A stretch of DNA of 64,000 nucleotides from Cetorhinus maximus (GCF_964194155.1 NC_135882.1:22692001-22756000), one strand, 5' to 3'; shown: positions 1 to 13,400, counted from the stretch's first letter. Notes: generated by a model from the sequence alone, not told the origin. Numbers and translations are program-made.

Positions 1-1212
1 TAAAACCTGGGATTTGGTTTCATTTTTGTGTGGAGACAGCACGTCTAAGGCTTTGTTTGTTTACCTGTTCTAAGGAGATTTTATGACTCTTGAAGGGAAG
101 TTAAAACAAAGTAGGAAAAAAAACAGCTGTTGCCTAGCAACAGGGGTCCAAAGCGAGGGACCCACAGAGACTGAGAACTAAATAAGTAGTTTCAGTTGAG
201 TTGAAGCCTGGGTTCCAGAGAGGCTGGACAGCAGAGGGACTGATAGCAAGTCCCAAACTAAAGTTGAAGCCAGCTGCCTGGAGAAGCTGGACACAGGAGA
301 AGGAAATGCAAAAGCAGGTTGCAGAAACTAAAGAAGAAAGCCCCTAAATTGAGGGGAGTAGAACAGGGAAGATCCCAGAGGACAGTATAGTCACAGGACA
401 AGGACAAGAACCTGGAAAAGGTCCTGTTCTGTGGAAGTGAAAGTAGGGAGAAGAGAGAAAGGCTTAAAGGGAGAAAGCTGCAGGACGCAGATCTAAAGTG
501 ATATAAGCATGCAAGAAGGTCCAAGGAGACAGCTGAAGGTCTGTAACTCTTTACTGTGGGCAACTGAAGCAGTGATGTTCTGTTGGCATAGCTTAGTCAG
601 TGAGAACGAGTGTGTGGATTAACGCTTGAATGCACGTGGCGATCTAGGAACATCGGAAGGAGAGTTCAAAACCCAGGAGGTGGATCCTTACGGAAGATGT
701 CTGCAAGAAAGCATAATTTGGGAGAAGACTCCAGAGCGAGTTCTTTGAGAGATTGGAAACCCTCGTGTGAAAGTCAGAGTTCAGTGAGACCGGTTGGCTC
801 AGCATGACAAGCATCTGGGTGGGTTTGAGGAGAGATCTATAGCATCTGTTTGGGGTGGCATCTGTCACTTTTCAGAGTGCCTAACCACAGGTTGCCTATT
901 GGTTTACATGGACTATGTACTTACTGTGGACTTTAGGATATAAGATAGCTTTTGTAACTTGTGTTATCCTCACAAATCTGCATACATCTGTAAAGGTACT
1001 GGTGTGCGTGAAGGAGTGATGTAATATAGTTAATCTTTCCTGGTTTAATAAATGTTTTATTCGTTTGTTGAAAGTTCATAAGCTGACTCCTGTGACTCTG
1101 TTCAGTAGCCACTCTCCATGTCTCTAAACAGAAAATAAAAGTTAGGATCTGTCAAGGTGGGTTCCACCCTGAGATCTGGCTTGTCCAGTAGTAACATTAG
1201 CTGGGATCATAG
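1..1212 (+). mobile_element. LTR-like repeat (probable solo LTR, 5' end outside window)
   Basis: Purine-rich body, AATAAA at ~1047 and ~1134, and an end CTGGGATCATAG resembling the GAGATCATAACA end of the LTR-like insert at 27590-27601; no coding homology. Confidence 0.55.
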
Positions 1213-1885
1213 GATATTGCAAAAGGTTAGCATGCAGGTACGGCAAGTAACTCGAAAAGCTGATAGGATGTTGTCATTTATTGCGAGGGGAATTGAATAC
1301 AAGAGTGGAGAGATTATGCTTTAGTTATACAGGGCATTGGTGAGACCACACCTGAAGTACTGTGTACAGTATTGTTCTTCTTGTTTAGGGAAGATGTAAA
1401 TGCATTGGAAGCAGTTCAGAGAAGATTTACTAGAATAGTATCTGGAATGGGCAGGTTGTCTTATGAGGAAAGGTTGGACAAGCTAGGCTTGTATCCTATG
1501 GAGTTTAGAAGAGTAAGAGGCGACTTAATTGAAACATATATGATCCTGATGGGTCTTGACGGCGTGGATGTGGGGAGGATGTTTCCTCTCATGGGAGAAT
1601 CTAGAATTAGGGGTCACAGTTTAAAAATAAGGGGTCGCTCATTTAAAACAGATGAGAAATTTTTTCTGACGGTTTGGAACAAAGGTGGCGAAAGCAGAGT
1701 CTTTGAATATTTTTTAAGGCAGAGGTAGATTCTTGATAAGCAAGGGGGTGAAAGGTTATCGTGGATATGCGGGAATGTGGAGTTGAGGTTACAACCAGAT
1801 CAGCCATGGTTTTGCTGAATGGTGGAGCAGGCTTAACTGGGTCTGGGTGGCCTACCCTTCCTCATTCGTATGTTTGTATGTCTGC
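1213..1885 (+). mobile_element. CR1 LINE 3' fragment (RT C-terminus, 3'UTR, microsatellite tail)
   Basis: ORF 1372-1728 LEAVQRRFTR..LSYEERLDKLGL..RRVRGDLIETY..RGHSLK is the CR1 ORF2 C-terminus; tail CGTATGTTTGTATG. Confidence 0.93.
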
Positions 1886-4478
1886 ATGTACATCAGATGG
1901 TCTATCAAGGTTCACCATCCAATGTGGAACAGGAATATGGGCAAGATGGCAGAGCGATGCTGCTGTCTATTGGACTCTATTTCACTATCGAGGACACGAG
2001 GCAGAAGGGAAGAAAATCAGAGGAGGATGAGAAATAAAACTCAAGCTAGAATTTCTTCCCTGGCAGGCAGCAGTGTGATACCCCTGATGGTAAATCTCCA
2101 GCTACATTTTTTTCTCATTTTCCATTACTGCAAATGACAACTTTTTTTTTACCAGAGCAATATCCTGAAAGGGAGAAAAAGAAGCAGGAGAGAGATTAAA
2201 CTAAGCTGTGCCTGACTCTTCCTCCTAATCATTTTTATAATTAAATATTTGTATGACAGATTGGAAGCTGACTTGCTTTAACTGAACTGCTCTCTCAGCA
2301 TTGGTCTGAGAAGTTGGGAAAATAGCAAATATTTGCAGATGGCTGCAAAAAAAAAGTAAAAGAAATTCAGAATCTGGCAATAAAACTGCACTGTGTCACT
2401 GCCAAGGAGGAAAGGTCAGTCATAATTTATAGTAATTCGAGCCTCATCGCTATGAGATGCCTTCTGAATCAACAGCTATGACGCCCAATTTTGCTGTCAG
2501 ACCCCTAATATTTTTCAACCGAAAATGCTTCATGAATGATCACTCTTCTGCTGAAATACTAACCTCTTTAGTATAAGGACGATTGTGGTACTATAGCAGT
2601 CTGCGATGGGGTGGTAGTTACTTGAGTTTTCCCCCTAGGGTGACAGAGAGGGTTAATAACAGGAAGCCTGATCCCAGATTTCTTCCACCACTACCACCAC
2701 CACCCTAAACGCAATTCCTAAACGTCGTATTCTGCTTTTTCTCTTTACAGATGCTGGCTGGCCTGCTGTGTTTTCCAAGCTCTTACTCTTATTTCATTGT
2801 ACTCAGGTTGTTAGGAGAAGTGAGGCAGCAACCTGTATTTACTTTTGTATTTCTAATAGCAGCCTGTTTGCTAATTTGGTGCTAACTAGTAGTGAGTAGG
2901 GTCTTTGCCTTGTTAGGGATGGATTGAGGTGGCTGCCACTCATTTTTTCTTAGACTAGCAGTTGACAAAGATTGAAGGCTTTAGCTTCAGTAGTCTGGGC
3001 TGTATTTAAACGCAGGCCAGGAATGAAAAGACAGTGACCCTGAAAGGAGACCAAGCCTTTTACACACTTCTGCTGTAGCTTAACTTTGGATTGCAGTGGT
3101 TGGAGGTGGGACCTGGATACGCCAGATGCTGGGCTTGTCTGCCAATTTCCGGCAGGGCCTCCTTGGGTCAGAACTTTTCATCTGTCTCGAATATGGCCCA
3201 TGACATCAGATGGAGCTGGGGGTTGGAGGGGTTCTGATTCGAGGTAATTTTCTGTCACTGGCCTGTTTTCTGCCTTTGGGGTACAACCACCAGGCTCTCG
3301 GGCATTTGCAGCAGCCTAAGTTGGGGTCCTCTTCAAAAACCTTTTGCTGTTACTATGTCTTTTTTGGCCATCTTACAAAGCGGGCCAGTGAGATATGTTT
3401 ATGTGTGCCCTCCTTGGCCAGTGGCACAGGCAGGTCAATGAGTAGCCAGATGGTGCTACGTTTTGGTGTGCCCCTTCTAGGGGACTCCCTAATGTGGCGC
3501 AGGTACCCGCCTGTTTCTTAGCTGTCAGCTGGGGTGCCCTCCCTCAACTTCAGTGTTGTGTCTGGATTAGAGGCCCCCAGTGCGGTGGGATGGGGGCCGA
3601 TGGGGGTGGGGGGCATCTTTAGCCCTTGCACTAGCACAGCTGTCTTATAGATTTTTACAGCCTGTGTTCTGCATTGTGTTTTTGTTTTACAATATTGGAA
3701 TAGTGGACTTTGATTAAGAAATAGTGAAGATTATTACTAAAACTGTCAGGATGCAAGCTCCAAAACAAAACACTGTAGGCTTCAGAAGATATTGGCTGAG
3801 GAAAAGGTGTCAAATCACATTGCAGTGTTAGTACCCAACTGCAGTGCTTCAGAACATCAAATATCCTGCTTTAAAAAATAAGCATTTCTCCTATTTTCAC
3901 CAGCAAAGGAATTTTAAAAACCACTCATAAATCTTAATTGCAATAATTTTCATTTAAATTACAACTACAAGCAAAACTGATGTGTTGGAATTGTTGAAAG
4001 GTACAGCGCCGCCTCATGTTCTTTTAGAGGTTGGATTACCATATTTAGTACTGTTACATCTAAACATTACATGGCCGCTGGTGGGAAAATAGGGCAATGG
4101 CTGTAGCAGAGGCGTTGCCAAGCTTCACTATGATTCTCAACTGTCTCTGGACACATTAGGGGGGTAAGATTGGACTTGGGTAGCTCCTGTGTTTTGAATG
4201 CTACTATGAGGCTCTTTAAGGCTCCAAAATGGCATCCACAGTGCTTGCAGACACATCTGATGCAAAGTGTGTGGGATGCCATGTTGGTAAAGGAGATAGA
4301 GCGTGTCCACCTAACATCTGCTGGAAGTATGCAGAGCGGTGAGGTCACAACCTCAAGGCAGGAGAAGAAAGAGGTGAAAGACTCTTGGCAGCAGGCCATG
4401 TCCACCTTGGGTGCTGAGGGCACAATTCTCCAACCCGAACTTCAGTGCAGCCACTATCTGAGACACCTGCAAGGCATT

Positions 4479-6245
4479 CCATAAGACCATAAGACATAGG
4501 AGCAGAAATTAGGCCAGTTGGCCCATCGAGTCTGCTCCGCCATTCAATCATGGCTGATAAGTTTCTCAACCCCATTCTCCTGCCTTCTCCCCGTAACCTT
4601 TGATCCCCTTACCAATCAAGAACCTATCTATCTTGGTCTTAAATACACTCAATGACCTGGCCTCCACTGCCTTCTGTGCCCTCGGGTCCTAGTCTCTCCT
4701 ACTAATGGAAACATCTTCCCCACGTCCACTCTATCCAGGCCTTTCAGTATTCTGTAAGTTTCAATCAGATCCCCCTTCATTCTTCTAAACGCCATCGAGT
4801 ATAGACCCAGAGTCTTCAAACGTCCCTCATATGTTAAGCCTTTCATTCCTGGGATCATTCTCGTGAACCTCCTCTGGACCCTCTCCAGGGCCAGCACATC
4901 CTTCCTGAGATATGGGGCCCAAAATTGCTCGCAATATTCTAAATGTGGTCTGACCAGAGCCTTATAAAGCCTCAGCAGCACATCCCTGCTTTTATATCCT
5001 AGTCCTCTCGAAATAAATGCCAACATTGCATTTGCCTTCCTAACTACCGACTCAACCTGCAAGTTAACCTTAAGAGAATCCTGCACTAGAACTCCCAAGT
5101 CCCTTTGCACTCCAGATTTCTGAATTCTCTCCCCATTTAGAAAATAGTCTATGCCTCTATTCTTCCCATAAAAGTGCATGACGTCACATTTCCCCATGTT
5201 GTATTCCATCTGCCACTTCTTTGCCCATTCTCCTAACCTGTCCAAATCCTTCTGCAGCCTCCCCGCCTCCTCAATACTACCTGTCCCTCCACCTACCTTT
5301 GTATCATCTGCAAACTTAGCCAGGATGCGCTCAGTTCCTTCATCTAGATCATTAATGTATAAAGTGAAAAATTTTGGTCCCAACACTGACCCCTGCGGAA
5401 CTCCACTAGTCACCGGCCACCATCCTGAGAAGGACCCCCTTATCTCCACTCCCTGCCTCCTGCCTGACAGCCAATCTTCTATCCATGCTAGTACCTTGCC
5501 TCTAACACTATGGGCTCTTATCTCACTGAGCAGCCTCCTGTGCGGCACTTTGTCAAAGGCCTTCTGGAAGTCCAAGTAGATAACATCCATTGGCTCTCCT
5601 TTGTCTAACCTACTTGTTACCTCCTCAAAGAATTCTAACAGATTTGTCAGGCATGACCTCCCCTTGATGAAACCATGCTGTCTTTGCCCTATTTTATCAT
5701 GCACTTCCAAGTATTCTGAAACTTCATCCTTAATAATGGACTCTAAAATCTTACCAACGATCGAGGTCAGGCTAATTGGCCTGTAATGTCCCATCTTTTG
5801 CCTCACTCCCTTCTTAAACGGGGGTTACATTAGCAATTTTCCAGTCCTCTGGGAGCCTCCCTGACTCCAGTGATTCCTGAAAGATCACCACTAATGCCTC
5901 CACTAACTCTTCAGCTATCTCCTTCAGAACTCTGGGGTGTAATCCATCTGGCCCAGTTGATTTATCCACCTTCAGACCTTTCAGTTTTCCTAGCACCTTC
6001 TCCTTGGTAATGGCCACCATACTCACCTCTGCCCCCCGCCTCTCTTGAACTTTGGGGATGTTACTCGTATCTTCCACCGTGAAGATTGACGCAAAGTACC
6101 TATTCAGTTCCTCCGCCATTTCTTTGTTCCCCACTACTACTTCTCCAGCGTCATTTTCCAGTGGCCCAATGTCCACTTTTGCCTCTCTCTTACCCTTTAT
6201 ATATCTAAAAAACTCTTGCAATCTTCTTTTATATTACTGGCTAGC
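4479..6245 (-). mobile_element. Young 5'-truncated CR1 LINE inserted in the Harbinger transposase
   Basis: (TCTTATGG)n-type 3' tail at 4479; ORFs 5814-6221 and 4649-5806 are consecutive ORF2 parts separated by one frameshift. Confidence 0.97.
4649..5806 (-). pseudogene. CR1 ORF2 reverse transcriptase domain, 385 aa open; no endonuclease; C-terminus frameshifted
   Basis: YRPISLTS, QHGF..GRSCLTNL, YLDFQKAFDKVPH, SGVPQGSVLGP, KFADDTK motifs. Confidence 0.96.
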
Positions 6246-7085
6246 CGGGAGGTCCTCGGTGAAGTCTGTCAACTGCTGCAGTCACAGCTCAATGTCAGAG
6301 CAGTGCAACGCCTGCATTGCCAGTGGCTGTGAATGTGACTGACCACGAACCTTCAGTGGACATGTTTGCAACATCTCACAATTTGCCGTCCACTATAAAG
6401 GAGCTCACCGAGGCTTTCTATTCAGTGAGAGCTACTACATTTCTTTCTCTCTCTCTTGTCGGAGAGCAGCAAGTGGAATGAGCATGTGGCTTCGTTATGA
6501 TTGCAGGATTCCCCTTGGTGCATGCCGCCACAGACTGTGTGCACATCGCTTTGCCCGTCAACTCTGACCTATGCTGGAATCAAAAGGGGATTCGACTCCC
6601 TCAACACGCGACTGGTGTGTGACCATAAGCATTGCATCACCGTGGTCAATGCCTGGAATCCTGAGTCACAGTGCATTCACTCTGTGACACTCCTCTGCAC
6701 TTGCTGCATTTCAACATCACAGCAAACTTGGAGACAGCAACTATCCGCTTATGACATGTGCACATTATGCATACAGTGAGAGCCGTGCTGCCACACGAAA
6801 TGTGATAGAGCAGACCATTGGCATGCTGAAATGATGATTCTGCTCATGGATGAACCACTCGGGAAAAGCCCTGCAGTGCGCACCCTAGATGTTGTTGCGC
6901 TTTGTGCTGGTCTGTTGAATGCTGCGTAACCTCGCTGTCATGAGGGAGCAACCCTTGCCACCATCTATCAGGTGAGAACCTGAGGAATAGGTGATGGAGG
7001 AGGGGGTGGAAGAGGAAGGGAGGCTGAAACCTCACCAGCCCCTTTCTACCCGGGCTATACGTGACCAACTCATTCAATGGTGACA
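6246..7085 (+). pseudogene. Harbinger (HARBI1-like DDE) transposase remnant
   Basis: Manual translation across frameshifts: ALPVAVNVT, IAGFPLVHAATDCVHIAL, NQKGFDSLNTRLVCDHKHCITVVNAWNP, AATRNVIEQTIGMLK, LRNLA. Confidence 0.9.
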
Positions 7086-7356
7086 ATCTCAACCCCAAAT
7101 CCCCTCTCACCAACAGTCCCACACTTGTAACTTTCTTCTGTCGCTGACTATCACATTATCCACTTGACTACAACGCAAGGAGAAAAGTCAACATAAAATA
7201 CAGTTCCTAATGCAAAGGTTTCAATTAAGCCATATAAAATTGCATACATAATAAAACTAATCATCCTTGTTCATGCCCTTAGTACCTATCTTCCACATAT
7301 GCCTTTGTCTGTACTGGTGCTACCCGAGTGGCTTCAGCATGTCTGGTGCAAGGTTG

Positions 7357-9345
7357 CTAACTTTCAATGGGGGAGACTGCAGATGACCTTGGAGGATGAC
7401 CTTGAGCAGCTCTGGGTCTAGAAGGCCTGGCTTCAGACTGCACTACATCGGCCAGGGCAGCAGCAGCCTGGGTTAACTGGCTGATGGGCAACAGCAAGGA
7501 CACTGGACACTGGGAGAGTAGCAGGAGTACAAACACAAATACTGTCATTTGGAGAGGGGACATCAGATTCCTGCTCCATGAAGCTTCTGTCATTCCCCTG
7601 GGCAGTGCCTCAGCAATCTTAGTCATCAGTTGGAGGACAGATTGCTGGACTGCTGTGACACCCTGCAAGCCTTGAGCATTGTTATGCCAACCCATGATAG
7701 CAGCAGCCTGAGCTTCTGCTGTAACACCCGCTTGTTAGGTGGTTGTTGCAATCAAAGCTTCGAAATCGGCCATCAGACACTGCGTTTATGGCTGGTTTCA
7801 CAACTGCGCTGATGGAGTTGGCCACCCGATCTTTGTGCTGGAAAGGATGGGCTTCAGGCTCTGTGCAAAGCGCTGTGGCAAGTTGATGCCAGAACCCTCG
7901 GTGACCCTCCTTCACGTTACATACAGGCTCTTTGACATCTTCCCAATGGACGAAGAATTTTCATGTGTACAACCATCAAACTTTTCCTATAGCCTGGCCT
8001 ATTGAGTTCCTCATCTGAGCCGTGTGCAACCTTGTCTTCCAATGAGCTGGCGCCAATGCTACCCCTTTTACCCCTTGCACTGGCTCCAATGCATTCTGCC
8101 CTGTGTCTCACCTCGTCCAGATTCTGCCTCTGTGGTCTTCTCTATATTATGGGCAGTGTTGGTGACTGAGCTGGCAACTGAGATTGTGAAATCAAGTGCT
8201 CCTTCATCTTCCGAGTCTTCCTGCTCTTCCAGCACTGCTTGGCAGACTGCAGCCTTTGCTTATCTGAAAGAGAAAAGGCACAAGGGTAAGGTTATGGTGA
8301 GGGAAGAGGAGGTAGCCAGCGCCTGCTTACACCATATGCAGTTTGTAAGTCAGAATGCAGTTAGGGATGAGAGAGAATTGTGATGTGAGGAGGAGGATTT
8401 GACATGAGCATGCCATCAACTTCATTGACTTCAGCACCGCAGGTGGCTATGGCTTCAGCCATGGCCCTTCCAGTAATGGCCAGCACTGTCTCCTCCTTAG
8501 TGATTAGAACATGTTGGTGTTCCTGCCCCCTCCAGTTAGTTCCTGTCTGCCTCTAGTTGGGCACTACTTTCTGTAAGGCAGAGGGAAATGTCATTGAGTG
8601 TCATGCAGTCTGTTTGAGTTATAAAGCTGCCATGGTTGAATAGCTGGCAGTGAGTAAAAGCTGTGAAATGTGGGCGTGCAACAGTGCTAAATGTGTGGGA
8701 GTGAGGTGAAGCATCTGATGCTCGGTATGAGCCCTGACTACTGGAGATTGTTGGTAGGTGAGTGATGTTTCATGCTGTCACCGTGTTCTGGTGGGGTGTT
8801 ACTGTTACATGCTTTGTTGTCTTGCCATACCTTGATAAGGCTTTGTTGATACTACGGCAGACTTGTACCAGGGTAAGCACATGGTTTCTGAGGCACAGAC
8901 TATTCTGTGTTCTGCTCTCATGGAGCCTCTTGATCATCTGACTTCTGATGTTACACTAACATCATTAATATCATTATGGTCTCATTAACATAAGCATTAA
9001 CCCATTGCTGTACAAGTGATGGGCGGGTGTGGTGAATTGAGCAGTGGCTGAGGCTGGTGGTGCAGTTGGTAGGATATGTCATTTGGCTCTGCACTCACTG
9101 ACCCTGACCACTCGTGTGAGATCATTAAACTTCTTCCAGCCCTGCATCCAGGTCTTTGGAGTTACATTCCTGGCATTGACCTCCATGACCTTCTGATTCT
9201 ACTGCCTTCTCACCATTTGTCTAAAGGGCCTCCTGCCCTCTTGAGAATACAGAACATCTCTCCTTCTCCTTCCCACATCCCCTAACAAGACCTCCAGTGC
9301 AATGTGTGAAAGCTGGTGGCCCCCACTCTCCCATGCTGTGCCATT
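7357..9345 (-). pseudogene. Harbinger Myb/SANT-like accessory gene remnant with introns
   Basis: ~9190-9102 on - translates VMEVNARNVTPKTWMQGWKKFNDLTRVVR followed by donor GTCAGT; acceptor-like sites at ~8572 and ~8264; low-complexity C-terminal ORFs 7357-8111. Confidence 0.8.
8766..9014 (-). mobile_element. Solo LTR, 249 bp
   Basis: TG...CA termini; perfect 5-bp TSD AGTGA (8761-8765 / 9015-9019); one end homologous to the solo LTR at 39482. Confidence 0.88.
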
Positions 9346-9817
9346 CTTCTGTCTTTTGTTTAACCCAGGTCAGATTCAGTTGCAGAACAGATCACAGAAC
9401 CTGCCTCAGCCACAATGCACCTCCCCTTTAAGAAGTGCAGGTTGGTAACAGGGTTGGGCCCCCTGCTGATATGAGCAGCCAATGAACGGTGCAGTTAGTG
9501 CTGGCTGCAGGCGGAATTCATAATTAGCAAGCAGCATGCTGCCTGCAATCCACTCGATGTGTGCAGGTGAATCATGCATTGTGATCCCTGTGGCGGTTTT
9601 CTGGGGCTGTCCAGTTCATAGCCCCAGTGTCTTGTCCTTACTTGTCATTCAATGGGCGTTGAAATTTGTTTGCAATATTATATACAGTATAGGAGTCCCA
9701 CCAGCTTCGCCATTCTGTCATCTCCAATGAAATGGAGCCAAGGTACAGACCAGCCATGATCTCAATGAATGGTTGAACAGGCTCAAGGGGCTAAATGGCG
9801 GCTTCCTGTTTCAATGT

Positions 9818-9995
9818 CCCACAAACAGCAATGAGATAATTAACCAGATGACCTGTTTTAGTTATGCTGATTAAGGGATAAATATTGCCAGAGACACGGG
9901 AAGATTTCTCCCGCTCTTCTTTCAGTTATGCTGTGTGAACTCTCCTATTCTTCTGAGAGGGGCAATAGTTCAACATCTCATCCGAAAGGCACTGC
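9818..9995 (+). mobile_element. Deu-domain (SacSINE1/AmnSINE1-like) SINE fragment
   Basis: CACAAACAGCAATGAGATAA..GGGATAAATATTG..AACATCTCATCCGAAAGG matches the Deu core as recalled; similar copies at ~22040 and ~36220. Confidence 0.7.
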
Positions 9996-10414
9996 CATTT
10001 TCTCGCAGATGCTGGTAATGAAGGATGACTGCACCAGAGGCATTGGGAGTGGAGGAGCTGCAGGCTGGCGCTTAGGGTGAGCATCCTCTATTAGCCCATG
10101 GCCAACAGGGCTGACCTCACCCCATGTTTTAACCTGCCTTTTCTGCCACATTCCCGGGCTACAGGAGCCTCCTCCTATTTGCCCGGTTTTCCATGCTTCT
10201 CTCTCCCTCTGCTATTCTGCTTTGACTATTTACGCCTCACCTGGGCCCATCTTTTGGTTATGTGCTTGTCATCTGCTAATCACCTCTATTTGCCATGCAG
10301 TATTATCATTTTGGTCAATTAATCACTGCTGCCCTACACCCTATCTGATACCCCTCGTTTTGTTCTTATCCAGTACCCCAACCTGCACCCCCCCCCCCCC
10401 CCCCCCCCCCACCA

Positions 10415-13400
10415 AGTAGAGTAACGGTTAACATCAGGAGCACTTGATGCTGATGTAATGTTGATGTAACATTACATGATTGAGTAACAGAGATTTGGAG
10501 GAGCAGAAGTTCTAACCTCATGCAGAGGTTCCAAAATGTATATAGTATCTGTAAATAAAAAGTAATGGTTTTAATAAACTTCAGCCTCTAGTACTCTAGC
10601 AGCTTACTTTGGGAGGATAGACAAGCCCCAAAGGACGCCATCTAGACCCTGAGCACATGACGAAACATGGTGGCAATGGACAGCGAGTAAAAGATTCAGA
10701 AAACTTTCAGAAGCAGCTACATACCTGGCAAGTCTAGGGATCCTGGAAAGAAGTAGGAAAGGAACAGATTCAAAACTCCCCAAAAAGTTGGAGCATTGTG
10801 GGTGCAGCAGATGCAAGCTGAGACATAGACCCGGAGTCCGGGCAGCAGTGAGCACAGACTCAAAGCAACCAGCAGCACCAGTGAAGCAGCGACAATTCCA
10901 GGGCTCAGTAGACGCATTCAGGAATGAATTTCCAAAATGATTTGCAGGCCTCGGGAAGACTGAGTACCATATCACAGTATCGAGCTGATGCTAAATCAAC
11001 CTGCCTCCTGACACTGAAGGAAGTCACTCACCAACTCTTGGATAAAATCAGGGGTGAAATTGAGAAGATGCAACAGCAAGGAGTTTTTATCACTCGTCAC
11101 CGTGCCAACAAAACGGTGTTCAGGAAAGGTCATGGTTCCAAAGCCAAACGGTTCTATAAGAATCTGCATGGTTTGAATTCAATTAAACGAATCAGTGGAA
11201 CATGAGAGCCACCTGATGGCCTCAATGGATGAGAGCCTTGCTAAACGAGCCAAGAATAGTTTATTTACCAAATTGGATGCAAACAATGGATTTTGGCAGC
11301 TGCCTCTGAACGAGGAATCCAGATTGCTGAAGACACTTATAACACCATTCACCCATTATTGTTTAAATAGATTGTCCTTTGGAACAGCATCCACATTATC
11401 CTCAAGCAAATGGAGAAGCTGGAGAGGTGTATGAACCATCAAAGATTTGCTGAAGAAGAATGAAGACCTTAATCTAGCTCCCCTGAGTTACCGAACCTCA
11501 CCACTACAAAGTGGTTTCTCTCACCATCTGAGTTATTAATAGGAAGGAGATTGAGAACATAACTTGCAGAGAACAATGTCTCAAACCCTAAAAGGCATTG
11601 AAGGAGTGATATGCCATTTGGACAGCATCCTTATACATGGCTCCATGCGAGAAGAGAATGATCACAGAGTCAGAGCAGTCCTGAGAGTCTTACAGAATGC
11701 AGGCCTAACATTGAATGAAAAATGTAAATTCGCCAAACCTATGATCAAATTTCTAGGTCACATCGTGCAAGGCACTGGAATCAGTTGATCCACAAAAATC
11801 AAAAGTAATCAGAGAATTCCCACAACCCAGGAACATAACGGAGCTTCAAAGATTCCTCGGGATAAACAGCCAAGTAGGCAAGTTCCTACCGAATTTGGCA
11901 GAAGTCAGTGAGCCTTTGAGACAGCTGTTGAGCCAGGGTTAACAGCGGTCCTGGAATGTGGACCAGCAAAGTGCTTTTGAAAAGATTAAACGACCTTTAA
12001 TCCCCTCTGAAATTTTGGCACATTGCGACCCCGATTTACCGACTATAGTAGCAGATGCATCGTCTACAGGTCTGGAGGCAGTATTATTTCAAGTGCAGAG
12101 AGAGACAGTAAATATAGACCAGTTTATTACACCTCAAGGTCATTATCAGAAACAGAACAAAGGGATGCCACAATTGAAAAGGAAGAATGGGCGGCAACAT
12201 GGATGTGTGGAAAATTCTCAGACTGTGGAATGGGATTGCGGTTCAAAACTGAAACAGACCATAAGCCACTAGTCACTTATCTGAACATGAAATTGCAAAG
12301 ATGCTGCTCAGAATCTAGTGGTTCAAATTAAGATTAATGAAACAGGGTAGTTCAAGGGTAGAATCAAATAACAGCAGACACACACTGTCGTGGATACCAT
12401 CAGAAGGAACCAAGCAAGAGGATTTGCTTTTCATTGAGGAGGTGGATGCATATAGATCCTAATTACTCAACAATTAGCAGCTACTACAAAAGAGTTTTGG
12501 GAAATCAAACAAGCACAGCACCAAGATGATAAGTGCCTCCAGATGAGAGGATATTGTCTGGAAGGATGGCCAGACTATATCCCCAGTAATGCAGTACTAT
12601 GCCAATACTTTGAACAGTGCACCTCCATAGTCATTGATGATTACTAGTCTTCGAAGAGAGAATAGTCATACCGACAACACTTCGGCTTGATATTCATAAA
12701 AGCCTTCACCAAGGTCACTTAGGGATAGCAAAATGTTGAGCGAGAGCCCAGCAATCAGTCTGGTGGCCAGGCAATACTTTTTCTATAAAAGAAATGATTT
12801 CTAATTGTCTTGCGTGTGCAGTAAACAGCCAAGAGCAAAGAAAACTACTATTACCTTTTACATCAAGACCGTGGGAGCATCTGGGAATAGATTTATTTGG
12901 TTTTAAAGGGAAAACATTCCTTATTGTCATTGTTCACTTGGCAAGGTGGATTGAGGTTGACAGATTTCATAACATCTCAGCAGAAGTAGTCATTCAACCA
13001 CTGAAGAGAATTTATGCAACACATGCCATCCCAGATATTGTAGTGTCAGACAATGGTTCGTAATGTGCTAATACATTATTCCAAAATTTTGTAAAGCAAT
13101 ATGGATTTGTTCATTGACCAGCTCACTTCATTACCCTCAAGCAAGTGGAGAAGCTGAGAGAGATGTAAGAACCATCAAAGATTTGCTGAAGAAGAATGAA
13201 GACCATAATCTAGCGCCTCTGAGTTACTGAACCTCATCACTGCAAAATGGGTTCTCACCATCTAAGTTATTAATAGGAAGGAGATTGAGAACACAACTTT
13301 CATTTCTGGCGCAGAAACTTAAACCCAGTATTGCCTCAAATGACCACGAGGAGGTAAACCAGTGTGAGGAAGAACAGAGAAACAAACATGCTTGTTACTA

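Larger units (their letters stand above)
4070..9625 (+). mobile_element. Decayed PIF/Harbinger DNA transposon (transposase on +, Myb/SANT gene on -), interrupted by a CR1 and a solo LTR
   Basis: Convergent transposase and Myb/SANT remnants listed below; possible right TIR CCAGTTCATAGCCCC at ~9611-9625; left TIR not found. Confidence 0.82.

Noticed and set aside
4649-5806. 385-aa RT ORF as a domesticated or active gene
   Set aside because: 5'-truncated, lacks endonuclease, frameshifted at both ends, and has a near-identical sister copy; it is simply a young CR1
5178-6342. + strand ORFs here and at 42898, 47142, 50140, 53261 and 53995
   Set aside because: Antisense shadows of TE coding sequence
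10388-10410. Poly-C run as a regulatory G-quadruplex
   Set aside because: Homopolymer within a repeat at a TE junction; length may be unreliable
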